A stretch of DNA of 64,000 nt. Source: Malacoraja senta (lineage: Eukaryota). The notes under the pieces were generated by a model. The model saw only the letters and a list, made by a program, of their open reading frames with translations, was not told where the DNA came from and did not search any database. Positions 10,732-24,364 of the stretch are shown piece after piece. The position numbers and the translations under genes are program-made. The stretch is from NCBI GenBank assembly GCA_038087875.1, contig CM075991.1:1426001-1490000 (forward strand), read 5' to 3'. The first letter of the stretch is position 1. Each line of letters opens with the position of its first letter.

Positions 10732-13157
10732 CTGTCTACACCACATCTGCACCCAGGATGAGGTGTTCCAACCCAGGGCATCGGAGATGTCTTCATTCTT
10801 TAGGAACGGGGGTTTCCCTCTTCTACTATAGATGAGGCTCTCACCAGGGTCTCTTCTATACCCCATAACTCTGCTCTCACTCCCCATCCCCTCCCACTCA
10901 TAACAAGGGCAGAGTCCCCCCTTGTCCTCATCTTCCATCCCACCAGCCGTCACATGCAACAGATAATCTTCTGACATTTTCGCTACCTCCAACATGATCC
11001 CACCACTGGCCACATCTTCCCATCTCCCCTTTCGGCTTTCCGCAGAGACCGCTCCTCGTAACTCCCTGGTCAATTCGTCCCTTCCCACCAAAACCGCCCC
11101 TCTCCTGGTCATTTCCCTTGCAACTGCAGGAAATGCTACACCTGACGCTTTACCTCCCCCCTTGACTCTATCCAGAATTTAAGCAGTCTTTCCAGGTGCG
11201 GCAGAGGTTCCTCTGCACCTACTCCAACCTCATCTATTGCATCCGCTGCTCTATGGTTTCAGCTGCTCGACATCGGAGACCAAGCGTAGGCTTGGCGATC
11301 ACTTCGCCCAACACCTCCGTTCGGTTTGCAATAAGTCAAGTCAAGTCAAGTTTATTCGTCACATGCACATACGAGATGTGCAGTGAAATGAAAATTGGCA
11401 ATGCTCGCGAATTGTGCAAAAACAACAAACAAACTATAAACAGAATCACATATTCACATATTACATAATTGTGGGAGGGAGGGGAGAAAAAGGGAAAAAA
11501 ACAGCAATTTTAAAAAGACACCACACAACAGTAAAATGGTACAGTAAAGTTAGTCCCTGGAGAGATAGGAGTTTACAGTCCTAATGGCCTCTGGGAAGAA
11601 ACTCCTCATCCTCTCCGTTCTCACAGCATGGCAACGGAGGTGTTTGCCTGACCGGAGCAGCTGAAACAAGTCCGTTGCTGGGGTGGAAGAGGTCTCCCAT
11701 GATCTTATTGGCTCTGGAGTTGCACCTTCTGATGTATAGTTCCTGCAGAGGGGCGAGTGTAGTTCCCATAGTGCGTTCGGCCGAACGCACTACTCTCTGC
11801 AGAGCCTTCTTATCCTGGGCAGAGCAGTTCCCAAACCAAATCGTGATATTTCCGGACAAGATGCTTTCCACAGCCGCTGAGTAGAAGCACTGGAGGACCC
11901 TCAGAGACACTCTGAATTTCCTCAATTGCCTGAGGTGGTAAAGGCGCTGCCTTGCCTTACTCACGAGTGCTGCAGCGTGTGATGTCCATGTCATATCCTC
12001 AGAGATGTGGACTCCCAGGTATTTAAAACAGCTCACCCTATCCACAGTATCCCCATTTATCTTCAATGGTGTGTACGTCCTCGGATGATGTGCCCTCCTA
12101 AAGTCCACGATCAGCTCCCTAGTTTTTTTGATATTCAAGAGGAGGCTGTTGTCCTGACACCCGAGTGCCAGATCAGCCACCTCCTCCCGGTAGGCCTTCT
12201 CATCGTTATCTGAGATCAGGCCCACCACCACAGTGTCATGAGCAAACTTGATTATCGAGTTGGAGCTGAACCTGGCCACACAGTCATGTGTGTACAGGGA
12301 GTACAGTAGGGGGCTGAGGACGCAGCCCTGGGGGGATCCTGTGCTCGGGGTGAGGGATTTTGAGGTATTTCCCCCCATCTTGACTACCTGGGGTCTCGTG
12401 GTAAGAAAGTCCAGGACCCAGGCATACAGGGGGGTGTTGAGCCCCAATTCCAGCAGCTTCTCGGCCAGTCTGGTGGGGACTATGGTGTTGAAGGATGAAC
12501 TGTAGTCTATGAACAGCATCCTCACATAGCTCCCCTTCTGGCCGTCAAGATGAGAGAGAGCGGTGTGCAGAACATGGGAGACCGCACCGTCCGTGGATCT
12601 GTTCGGACGGTATGCGAATTGTAGCGGGTCCATGTTGCGAGGGAGGAAGGCGCAGATGTGTTTCTTGACCAGCCTCTCAAAGCATTTCATGACTACCGAG
12701 GGCCACCAGACGGTAGTTTTTCAGACAGACATTCAATAACCAATCTGACCTGCCGGTGACTCAGCACTTCAACTCACCCTCCCATTCCGAATCCGACCTT
12801 TCTGTCCTGGGCCTCCTCCATGGCCAAAGTGAGGACACCTGTAAATTGTGGAAGCAGCACCTCATATTTCGCTTGGGTAGCTTACACTCCAGCGGTATGA
12901 ACATTGACTTCTCCAATTTCAGGTAGTCCTTTCTTTCTCCCTCTTTCCCGCCCCCTTCCCAGCTCTCCCACAACCCACTGTCTCCGCCTCTACCTTTCTT
13001 CTTCCCGCCCCCCCCACCCTCACATCAGTCTGAAGAAGGGTCTTGACCCGAAACGTCGCCATTTTCCTTCGCTCCATAGATGCTGCCTCACCCGCTGAGT
13101 TTCTCCAGCATTTTTGTCTACCTTCAATTTTCCAGCATCTGCAGTTCCTTCTTAAAC
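10732..13157 (+). mobile_element. Further Penelope-like 3' fragment, interrupted by Rex1
   Basis: Repeats 8910-9240/10120-10730-type sequence; ORF 11196 NLIYCIRCS; terminal motif 13028-13060. Confidence 0.85.
11335..12733 (-). mobile_element. Rex1/Babar LINE, 5'-truncated
   Basis: ORF 11581-12690 ([40 protein letters not shown] with catalytic D>H); (CTTGA)n tail; TSD CAATAA 11329-11334/12734-12739. Confidence 0.92.
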
Positions 13158-13325
13158 ATCAAGTACCAAGACCTGGCTTTGTTGGTAGAGAGAAGGACAC
13201 CCGTACTAATCAATACTTTCACTATTCGGTATGTTTAACACTCATCATATGTTAAACAAATTATTTCTGGGACAAATCTTGTAAACCTACTCTGGACCCT
13301 CTCCAACATGAACATATCCTTCTTT

Positions 13326-16300
13326 AGATATAGAAAATAGGTGCAGGAGGAGGCCATTCGGCCCTTCGAGCCAGCACCGCCATTCATTGTGATCATGGCT
13401 GATCGTCCCCTATCAATAACCCGTGCCTGCCTTCTCCCCATATCCCTTGACTCCACTAGCCCCTAGAGCTCTATCTAACTCTCTCTTAAATCCATCCAGT
13501 GATTTGGCCTCCACTGCCCTCTGTGGCAGGGAATTCAATAAATTCACAACTCTCTCGGTGAACAATTTTTTTCTAACCTCAGTCTTAAATGACCTCCCCT
13601 TTATTCTAAGACTATGGCCACTGGTTCTGGACACCCAACATTGGGAACATTTTTCCTGCATCTAGCTTGTCCAGTCCTTTTATAATTTTATATGTTTCTA
13701 TAAGATATCCCCTCATCCTTCTAAACTCCAATGAATACAAGCCTAGTCTTTTCAATCTTTCCTCATATGACAGTCCCGCCATCCCAGGGATCAATCTTGT
13801 GAACCCACGCTGCACTGCCTCAATCACAAGGATGTCCTTCCTCAAATTAGACCATAACTGTACACAATACTCCAGAAGTGGTCTCACCAGAGCCCTATAC
13901 AATTGCAGAAGAACCTCTTTACTCCTATACTGAAACCCTCTTGTTATGAAGGCCAACATTCCATTAGCTTTCTTCACTGCCTGCTGTACCTGCACGCCAA
14001 CTTTCAGTGACCGGTGTACAAGGACACCCAGGTCTCGCTGTACCTCCCCCTTACCTAACCTAACCCCATTGAGATAATAATCTGCCCCCTTGTTTTTGCC
14101 GCCAAAGTGGATAACCTCACATTTATCTATATTATACTGCATCTGCCACGCATCTGCCCACTCACTCAGCTTGTCCATGTCACCCTGCAACCTCCTAACA
14201 TCCTCTTCACAGTTCACACTGCCACCCAACTTTGTGTCATCCGCAAGCTTGCTAGTGTTGTTCCTAATTTCCTCTTCCAAATCATTAATATATATGGTAA
14301 ACAGTTGTGGCCCCAACACCGAGCCTTGCGGCACTCCACTCGCCACTGCCTGCCATTCTGAAAAGGGCCCGTTCACTCCTACTCTTTGCTTCCGGTCTGC
14401 CAACCAATTTTCTATCCATGTCAACACCCTACCCCCAATACCATGTGCTCTAATTTTAGTCAATAGTCTCCCGTGCGGGACCTTATCAAAGGCTTTCTGA
14501 AAGTCTAGATACATTACATCCACTGGCACCCCTTCATCCATTTTACTTGTCACATCCTCAAAAAATTCCAGAAGATTAGTCAAGCATGATTTCCCTTTGA
14601 TAAATCCATGTTGACTTGGACTAATCCTTTTACTGCTATCCAAATGCCCCATTATTACCTCTTTAATAATTGACTCCAGCATCTTTCCAACCAATGAAGT
14701 CAGGCTAACTGGTCTGTAATTCCCCCTTTTCTCTCTTGCTCCTTTCTTGAAAAGTGGGATAACATTAGCTATCCTCCAATCCACAGGAACTGATCCTGAA
14801 TCTATTGAACATTGGAAAATGATCACCAATGCGTCCACTATTTCTAGAGCCACCTCCCTGAGGTCCCTGGGATGCAGACCATCAGGCCCAGGGGATTTAT
14901 TATCCTTCAGTCCCATTAGCCTACCCAATACTATTTCTCACCTAATGAAAATTGCTTTCAGTTCCTCTACCCCCTTAGATCCTCTGTCCTCCAGTACATC
15001 TGGGAGATTGTTTGTGTCTTCCTTAGTGAAGACAGATCCGAAGTACCTATTCAACTCTTCTGCCATTTCCTTGCTGCCCATAATAATTTCACCCGTGTCT
15101 GCCTTCAAGGGACCCACATTTGACTTTGCTACTCTTTTTCCCTTAACATATCTAAAGACGATTTTACTGTCCTTCTTTATATTCCTGGCCAGCTTCCCCT
15201 CGTACTTCATCTTTTCAGCCCGTATTGCCCGTTTTGTTTCCTTCTGTTGTCCTGTGAGCATTTCCCAATCCTCTGGCTTCTGGCTACTCTTTGCTCTGTT
15301 ATACATCTTTTCTTTTAGTTTTATTCTAGCCCTAACTTCTCTTGTCAGCCACGGTTGCCTCCTACTCCCCTTAGAATCTTTCTTCATTTTTGGAATGAAA
15401 TGATCCTGCGTCTTCCGGATTATGCCCAGAAATTCCTGCCATTGCTGTTCCACCGTCATTCCTGCTAGGATCCCTTTCCAGTCTACTTTGGCCAGCTCCC
15501 CTCCCATGCCTGCATAGTCCCCTTTGTTCAACTGCATCACTGCCACTTCCGATTTAACGTTCTCCTCAAATTGCAGATTAAAACTAATCATATTATGATC
15601 ACTACCTCCAAGCGGTTCCTTTACCTCACGTTCTCTTATCATATCTGGTTCATTGGACAACACTAAATGCAGAATTGCGTTTTCTCTGGTCGGCTCCATT
15701 ACAAGCTGCTCTAAGAATCCATCTCGGAGGCATTCTACAAACTCTCTTTCTTGGGGTCCTGAACCAACCTGATTTTCCCAGTCTACCTACATATTGAAAT
15801 CCCCCATCACCAACGTGGCATTACCTTTGTTACATGCCAGTTTTAACTCCTGCTGCAACTTACAACCTACATCCGGGCTACTATTTGGGGGTCTCTAAAT
15901 ATCACCAATTAGTGTCTTCTTGCCTTTACAATTCCTCAACTCAATCCACAGTGACTCTACCTCGTCAGTCCCTGTCTTCCCTCGCAAGGGACTGAATTCC
16001 CTCCCTCACCAGCAGAGCTACCCCCCCTCCTCTGCCCACCTGCCTGTCCTTTCTATAGGATGTATAACCCTGAATATTAAGTTCCCAGGCTGGATCCTCC
16101 TGGAGCCACGTCTCAGTGATCCGCACAATGTCATATCCACCAACCTCTAACTGAGCCTCAAGCTCATCTACTTTACTCCTTATACTTCGCGCATTCATAT
16201 ACAATACTTTTAATTCCTTACGCATCTCACCTTTCACATCGATCCCTATTACACTTGGCCATACTCTCCTATCCCTTTGTGAGCTTCCTTTCCCGTTAAT

Positions 16301-16715
16301 TCTGGGGTCATTAACCATCCCTTTACTCTCTTTCCCTTTAACTCAATTTTCGACTATCCCATTTGACACCCCCCCTCCCTTATTCAGTTTAAAACCACCC
16401 GTGTAGCAGTGGCAAACCTGGCTGCCAGAATGCTGGTCCCCCACCTGTTAAGATGCAATCCGTCCCTTTTGTACAGTTCCCCCTTACTCCAAAACAGATC
16501 CCAGTGATCTAAGAATCTAAATCCCTGCCCCCTGCACCAGTTCCTCAGCCACACATTCAGGTCCCGTATCTCCCTGTTCCTGCTCTCGCCAGCACGAGGA
16601 ACTGGAAGCAAACCGGAGATAACAACCCTGGAGGTCCTGCTTTTCAGCATGTTTCCGAGCTCTCTAAAGTCACGCTGCAGAATATTTATCCCCTTCTTTC
16701 CGACATCGTTTGCGC
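13326..16715 (-). mobile_element. CR1 LINE, near full-length ORF2 plus ORF1 SGNH-esterase 3' part, disabled
   Basis: ORF 13612-14928 RT ([25 protein letters not shown]); 14938-16318 APE endonuclease pieces; 16384-16650 SGNH-like (DGLHLN); CR1 3' tail. Confidence 0.93.
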
Positions 16716-16719
16716 GACA

Positions 16720-17205
16720 TGGGGCTCAAAATCGATCACAATACTCTAAATGCGGTCTGACCAGTGCATAATAAAATCTCAGCATTACGTACATCCGTTT
16801 TATATTCTAGTTCTCTCGAAACGAATGCAAGAATTGCTTTTGCCTTCCCTACCACCGATTCGACTTGCAAATTAGTTTTGGAAATCCTGTACCAGGACTC
16901 CCAAGTCTCTTTGCACTTCTGATTTCTGAATTCTCTCCCCGTTTAGAAAATAATCTATTATTATTTCTTTATTCCTACTGCCAAAATGCATGACTCCACA
17001 CTGTGTTACACTGTATTACCATCTGCCACTTATTTCACCACTCTTCCAACCTGTTCAAGTCCTTCTACAGTAGGTCCTATACTACCTGCCCCTGGACCAA
17101 TCTTCATATCAACTGCAAACTTGACCACAAAGCCTTCAATTCCTTCATTCCATCAACTAACTCACGGATATACAACGTGAAGAGTAACATCCCCAGCACC
17201 TACCA
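16720..17205 (-). mobile_element. Older CR1 RT fragment
   Basis: Degenerate reverse-complement RT motifs (tcatatcaactgcaaacttg, accaggactcccaagtctct). Confidence 0.6.
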
Positions 17206-17214
17206 CTGCTATAG

Positions 17215-18332
17215 ACAGGAGGCAGTGGTCCACCATTTTTCAGTGTAAATTTGCAAAGAGGGTCTGGAGAAGGATGAAAGGGTCATTCTAACAATTCAAA
17301 TAGCTGCGTAACAGAGCACTCTCTGCTTTACAGGCTGTTCCCAATGTCACATTGATGATCCCGGATGGATGTCGTATTGTTGGAAGACCATCAACTGCAT
17401 GAAAGATGCTCTTTGGTCTACCCAAACTGGTTGGCGCTCTGAAGCTTGACGCAGCTGATGCCAAGTCTGTGTGGGACGGGGAACACAGTCCAGGGTCCTT
17501 ATGCTGCCAAGCATTGATGGGCAGAGTCCGGTGGGACACTCATCAAACAAGGTGGGATGTAATGTTAAAATTGTACAAGGCATTGGTGAGGCCAATTCTG
17601 GAGTATGGAGTACAATTTTGGTCGCCTAATTATAGGAAGGATGTCAACAAAATAGAGAGAGTACAGAGGAGATTTACTAGAATGTTGTCTGGGTTTCAGC
17701 AACTAAGTTACAGAGAAAGGTTGATCAAACTAGGTCTTTATTCTTTTGAGCGCAGAACGTTAAGAGGGGACTTGATAGAGGTCTTTAAAATGATGAGCGG
17801 GTTAGACAGAGTTGACGTGGGTAAGCTTTTCCCATTGAGAGTAGGGAAGATTCAAACAAGGGGACATGACTTGAGAATTGAGGGACAGAAGTTTAGGGGT
17901 AACATTAGGGGGAACTTCTTTACTCAGAGTGGTAGCTGTGTGGAATGAGCTTCCAGTGGAAGTGGTGGAGGCAGGTTCGATTTTATCCTTTAAAAGTAGA
18001 TTGGATGGGTATATGGACGGGAAAGGAATGGAGGGTTATGGCCTGAGTGCAGGTAGATGGGACTAGGGGGAAGTAAAATAAAAAAAGTGTTCGGCACGGA
18101 TTTGAAGGGCCGAGATGGCCTGTTTCCGTGCTGTAATGGATATATGGTTATATGGTTATAAGGTGATATAATCCCAGGTGGCCACATGAGTAGCAACAGT
18201 GTTTTAAGAATAGGTGCAAATATTATTGAAAATGACACGAGTGCATGTGTAGACACCAAAAATATATGAAGAGTTTATGGAATTTTTTTGTATACATCTT
18301 TATTATGAACAAAGATTATTTTTGGAAAAATC
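17215..18332 (+). mobile_element. Degenerate L1/Tx1-like 3' end interrupted by a + strand CR1 fragment (~17530-18160)
   Basis: 17260-17530 and 18160-18330 match 43360-43920; inner ORF 17406-17948 CR1 C-terminus (LYKALVRPILEYG, GDLIEVFK); (TATGGTTA)n tail. Confidence 0.7.
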
Positions 18333-18501
18333 TATTAATTTTATTCTAAATGTAGTTTTAAATTTAAAACCTATTAATTTTATTTGTAACGATAATGTAA
18401 ATATTAGATAGCTTAAATAATTTTGCTCCCAATCTGGGAACAAAGGGTCATAAGCCAACATTTTCAGTTCCTTGAGTCTACTGGGAGCAAAGGCAATGTT
18501 T

Positions 18502-20115
18502 TCACTCAGCTGTTGTATTAGTCTTAATGCACTCACTCATCAGGGGTCCCATGTCTCTTAATATTTTCTGATATTCCATGAGTGCCCGACAGTAAGATTC
18601 ATTTCCTGTTACAAATGATGGGAAGAGATTTATAGGTTCTGCTTTCAGAAGAAATTCTGGAATTCCAATTTGTTGAGGAAATGTTTGATTTCCAATCATA
18701 AATCTGTGTAGGCATTTCTCATCCAAACATTTCCCAAGATACTTTAACACATCTCTGAGCCGATGTTCCAGGTGACATTCCTGCCAGTTTGAATACGGCT
18801 GACTTAATAGCAAATGCATCAGGACAGTCTTAAAGATATAGGAGCCAAGAACACATCGCTGGTCTGGTGAATGGCACACTCTTTCAGTCAGAACGATCAG
18901 TATTTGAAGGCACTTGAGGTGACAGGAGCTTTTGGGGATATTCTTGGTCATGATTTTGAGAAACCTGTACTCACAGACAGCACAGGAAATGTGCCAGTAG
19001 ATAGTGGGTACTGTACTTTTCTTGGGGAAATTGGAAAACGAGGTACAAGATGGACATCGGAACCCTTCAGCCTCACAGCAGGAATGATTTTGATGTGAAT
19101 AGTTCGTCCTGACTGATATTGTACTTTTAAACCACAGCAACCAGTAATATTACGGAAGGTAATTTCCAAATTCATTTTGATCACAAATTTTCTTCCATGA
19201 TTTGGATAATAAAACCCTGAACCATTTCACTACCTTCTTATAATCCAAATAACAATCGGAATCCATGATAGAAGCAAGACCATTGGAATGAACATCATGT
19301 TTGAATCCTTTGTTGTGAATAAGACAAAGAATGTCCCCTTCAGGTTCTTTGGTTTCACATTGGCTAGCCAGGTTAGCGTTGTTTGCTGTAACCATGAGAA
19401 TCCTGCTGAAACTCTGTTTCTCACGTGGGACGTCACAGGAACAGATTTCTGGTTTAAAACAATAACCATTCTGGAGAAAAATTGGAACCAAAATATAATA
19501 TACGGATGGTATCTTACAGCTCCAATTTTCAAACTGACTCCCAATGCCCACACAGTCATCGAGGATCAGCTCTGAGCTCCACGGACAAAGATTCCGACCA
19601 GCTTCTAAAAGACTGTCCACAAACATTTTACAAATTTACTGGTCTCAATTGGTCTTGGCTCCCATTTTGAATGCAGATGTTGTAGAACTGATCCAACACA
19701 TTTTGATCAGGGCTATTCAAAATATTGTTGTGATGAGGTCTTCGAGGAACTTCATCTTGCATTTCTTCCTGCTCTTCCTCATTATCATAGTCTTGGGATT
19801 ATTTGCAAAATGTCACCTCTTCAGTCCCAAGATCTGAATTATGACCAGTATGAGCGTAATATAGGTGTTCCAGTACTTTTTTGGTGAATCTTCCCTATCT
19901 GCAGATAAATGGATCTTTATATTAGTCTGATAGTTACTTTTTCCCTCCATTTTGTTCTGGAGCCATTCTATCTGCTGTTGGTACGGGTACTCATGTTCCT
20001 TAATTCTATTCTGGACCTCTTCTGTCTCCACTTCATCACTCAGGAGGCGGGGATGGTACAAGCTCCCTGTGATCATCAGAACACACACGTTGAAAAGCTT
20101 TATCGCAGTTGTCAT
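18502..20115 (-). pseudogene. ITPRIP/ITPRIPL-like (Mab-21 fold) copy 1, at least three frameshifts
   Basis: ORFs 19813-20115, 19150-19626, 18948-19184 and 18502-19140 are colinear with the 531-aa ORF; frame breaks at ~19825, ~19175 and ~19035; acceptor TTTATAG|GATG. Confidence 0.85.
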
Positions 20116-20422
20116 CCTATAAACAAGAAGCAGATAACAGATATTCAGAAGGTGTGTGTGTGTAGTTCAAATGGAACTACATTAGTACATCTATCAGAGA
20201 CTCTGCTGTTTTGAGATATTGCAACATTTCATCATCCATAATTATTTCATAATTTCTGTGCCTTCCTGGCCTACAATTGGCCTCAGATATCTTTCACCGA
20301 GTGGGCAGCTGGATGGCAATTAGTGAGGTCAGGAATCACATGATCATTATATGAATATGAATTACCAGTGAGGAGACTCATTAGAAATAGTTAGAAATCA
20401 TGGAAACATTCTCATCCATTAA

Positions 20423-20737
20423 GGGCGGCAAGCTGGTGTAGAGGTAGTTACTGCCTTACAGCGCCAGAGACCCGTGTTCGATCCTGACTATGGGTGCTGT
20501 CTGTATTGAGTTTGTACATTCTCCCCGTGACCTGCATGGGTTTTCTCTGAGATCTTCGGTTTCATCCCATACTCCAAACACCTGCAGGTTTGTAGGTTAA
20601 TTGGCTTGGTATAAATGTAAAATTGTCTCTAGTGTGTGTAAGGTTCTGTTAATGTGCGGGGATTGCTGGTCGGTGCAGATTCGGTGGGCCGAAGGGCCTG
20701 TTTCCGCGCTGTATCTCTACATTAAAACTAAAATTAA
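20423..20737 (+). mobile_element. HE1-type V-SINE (tRNA-derived, CR1 tail)
   Basis: B box GTTCGATCC; V-domain GAGTTTGTACATTCTCCCCGTG..GGGTTTTCTC..CGGTTTCATCCCA; tail GGGCCGAAGGGCCTGTTTCC..(CTAAA). Confidence 0.85.
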
Positions 20738-22204
20738 AAGTAATTAGAAATTTCTTGATGGTAGTGCAAGTTTTTAATGCTTTATGATTAGATAATGGTG
20801 AGCTCGGACTATTAAAATATACATTTACATGAGCAAAAAATATTAGACACTAAGGCCATTGTGGAAGCATTGTTAGTTTGCAAATGATCATAAGTCAGAA
20901 TAAAGTCACAGTAGCAATGAAATGAACTGAGTCCCTGAGACATCCATTTTTGCATTTTTCCACTGTATACATTTTTCAATCATCTGAGTGCTATGTGTAT
21001 TGAAGGTGAAAGGTCAGATAAAGAGAACAATTGAAGGTGAAGGTGAAATGTGGAACATTCCTCTATGATCCCACCATAGGCTATCAAAAGAAGTCGAGGA
21101 AGACAAGGACTGATAAACATTGCATATTCTTCTCACATGTGGTGAATTCCATCCTAGTTCAGTAATAGCCACAGCTAACTAGAAACATAGAAAATAGGTG
21201 CAGGAGGCCATTCGGCCCTTCGAGCCAGCACCGCCATTCATTGTGATCATGGCTGATCGTCCCAAATCAATAACCCGTGCCTTCCTTCTCCACATATCCC
21301 TTAGCTCCTTCTCCACATATTCCACTAGCCCCTAGAGCTGTATCTAACTCTCTCATAAATCCATCCAGTGATTTGGCCTCCACTGCCCTCTCTGGCAGGG
21401 AATTCCACAAATTCACAACTCTCTAGGTGAAAAAGTTTTTTCTCGGTCTTAAATGGCCTCCCCTTTATTCTAAGACTGTGGCCCCCTGGTTCTGGACTCG
21501 CCCAACACTGGGTACATTTTTCCTGCATCTAGCTTGTCCAGTCCTTTTATAATGTTATATGTTTCTATAAGACCCCCCCCTCATCCTTCTAAACTCCAGT
21601 GAATACAAGCCTAGTCTTTTCAAGCTTTCCTCATATGACAGTCCCGCCATCCCAGGGATCAATCTCGTGAACCTACGCTGCACTGCCTCAATCACAAGGA
21701 TGTCCTTCCTCAAATTAGGAGACTAAAATTGTACACAATACTGCAGATGTGGTCTTACCAGAGCCCTATACAACTGCAGAAGAACGTCTTTACTCCTATA
21801 CTGAAATCCTCTTGTTATGAAGGCCAACCTTCCATTAGCTTTCTTCACTGCCTGCTGTACCTGCACACCAACTTTCAGTGACTGGTGTACAAAGACACCC
21901 AGGTCTCGCTGCACCTCCCCCTTACCTAACCTAGCCCCAGAGATAATAATCTGCCCCCTTGTTTTTGCCATAAAAAACCCTCACATTTATCTATATTATA
22001 CTGCATCTGCCACGCATCTGCCCACTCACTCAACCTTCCTTGTTGCACATAATAATTTCACCCGTGTCTGCCTTCAAGGGACCCACATTTGACTTTGCTA
22101 CTCTTTTTCCCTTAACATATCTAAAGAAGCTTTTATTGTCCTTCTTTGTATTCCTGGCCAGCTTCCCTTCGTAATTCATCTTGCAGCCCGTATTGTCCGT
22201 TTTG

Positions 22205-24364
22205 CGAATCTGCAATTAGAGAAGGAGAACGTTAAATCGGAAGTGGCAGTGATGCAGTTGAACAAAGGGGACTATGAAGGCATGAGAGAGGAGCTGGCCA
22301 AAGTAGACTGGAAAGGGATCCTAGCAGGAATGACGGTGGAACAGCAATGGCAGGAATTTCTGGGCATAATCCGGAAGACGCAGGATCATTTCATTCCAAA
22401 AAGGAAGAAAGATTCTAAGGGGAGTAGGAGGCAACCGTGGCTGACAAGAGAAGTTAGGGATAGAATAAAACTAAAAGAAAAGATGTATAACACAGCAAAG
22501 AGTAGCCGGAAGCCAGAGGATTGAGAAACTTTCATAGGAAAAGAGAAGGTAACAAAACGGGCAATACGGGCTGAAAAGATGAAGTACGAGGGGAAGCTGG
22601 CCAGGAATATAAAGAAGAACAGTAAAAGCTTCTTTAGATATTTTAAGGGAAAAAGAGTAGCAAAGTCAAATGTGGGTCCCTTGAAGGCAGACACGGGTGA
22701 AATTATTATGGGCAACATGGAAATGGCAGATGTACAGGAGGACAGAGGATCTAAGGGGGTAGAGGAACTGAAAGAAATTTTCATTAGGTGAGAAATAGTA
22801 TTGGGTAGGCTAATGGGACTGAAGGATGATAAATCCCCTGGGCCTGATGGTCTGCATCCCAGGGTCCTCAGGGAGGTGGCTCTAGAAATAGTGGACGCAT
22901 TGGCGATCATTTTCCAATGTTCAATAGATTCAGGATCAGTTCCTTTGGATTGGAGGATAGCTAATGTTATCTCACTTTTCAGGAAAGGAGCAAGAGAGAA
23001 TACGGGGAATTACAGATCAGTTAGAAAGATGCTGGAGTCAATTATTAAAGAGGTAATAATGGGGCATTTGGATAGTAGTAAAAGGATTAGTCCAAGTCAA
23101 CATGGATTTATGAAAGGGAAATCATGCTTGACTAATCTTCTGGAATTTTTTGAGGATGTGACAAGTAAAATGGATGAAGGGGTGCCTGTGGATGTAGTGT
23201 ATCTAGACTTTCAGAAAGCCTTTGATAAGGTCCCGCACGGGCGACTGGTGACTAAAATTAGAGCACATGGTATTGGGGGTAGGGTGTTGACATGGATAGA
23301 AAATTGGTTGGCAGACAGGAAGCAAAGAGTAGGAGTGAACGGGTCCTTTTCAGAATGGCAGGCAGTGGCGAGTGGAGTACTGCAAGGCTCAGTGTTGGGG
23401 CCGCAACTGTTTACCATATAGATGAATGATTTGGAAGAGGGAATTAGGAGCAACACTAGCAAGTTTGCGGATGACACAAAGCTGGGTGGCAGTGTGACCT
23501 GTGAAGAGGATGTTAGGAGGTTGCAGGGTGACCTGGACAGGTTGAGTGAGTGGGCAAACGCGTGGCAGATGCAGTATAATATAGATAAATGTGAGATTAT
23601 CACTTTGGCAGCAAAAACAAGGGGGCAGATTATCTCAATGGGGTTAGGTTAGGTAAGGGGGAGGCACAGCGAGACCTGGGTATCCTTGTACACCGGTCAC
23701 TGAAAGTTGGCGTGCAGGTACAGCAGGCAGTGAAGAAAGCTAATGGAATGTTGGCCTTCATAACAAGAGGATTTCAGTATAGGAGTAAAGAGGTTCTTCT
23801 GCAGTTGTATAGGGCTCTGTGAGACCACATCTGGAGTATTGTGTACAGTTTTGGTCTCCTAATTTGAGGAAGGACATCCTTGTGATTGAGGCAGTGCAGC
23901 GTAGGTTCACGAGATTGATCCCTGGGATGGCGGGAATGTCATATGAGGAAAGATTGAAAAGACTAGGCTTGTATTCGCTGGAGTTTAGAAGGATGTGGGG
24001 GGATCTTACAGAAACATATAAAGTTATAAAAGGACTGGACAAGCTAGATGCAGGAAACATTTTCCCAATGTTGGGCAAGTCCAGAACCAGGGGTCACAGT
24101 CTTAGAATAAAGGGGAGGTCTTTTAAGACTGAGGTTAGAAAAAACTTTTGTCACCCAGAGAGTTGTGAATTTATGGAGTTTCCTGCCACAGAGGGCAGTG
24201 GAGGCCAAGTCATTGGGTGGATTTAAGAGAGAGTTAGATAGAGCTCTAGGGGCTAGTAGAGTCAAGGGATATGGGGAGAAGGCAGGCATGGGTTATTGAT
24301 AGGGGACGATCAGCCATGATCACAATGAATGGCCTCCTCCTGCACCTATTTTCTATGTTTCTAT
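22205..24364 (+). mobile_element. CR1 LINE, 5'-truncated, inserted antisense into a same-family CR1
   Basis: ORFs 22243-24226 RT; (CTATGTTT) tail; TSD GTTTTG 22199-22204/24365-24370. Confidence 0.9.

Larger units (their letters stand above)
2984..20230. repeat. Segmental duplication unit A (host blocks 2984-5516 and ~17260-20230; paralog of 27608-45730)
   Basis: Colinear matches: 2984-5516 with 27608-30656 plus 37177-37262; shared Penelope start; Tx1-like tail; ITPRIP-like gene. Confidence 0.88.

Noticed and set aside
14747..15403. Antisense ORFs over CR1 copies
   Set aside because: Shadow frames of CR1 ORF2 recurring in every copy
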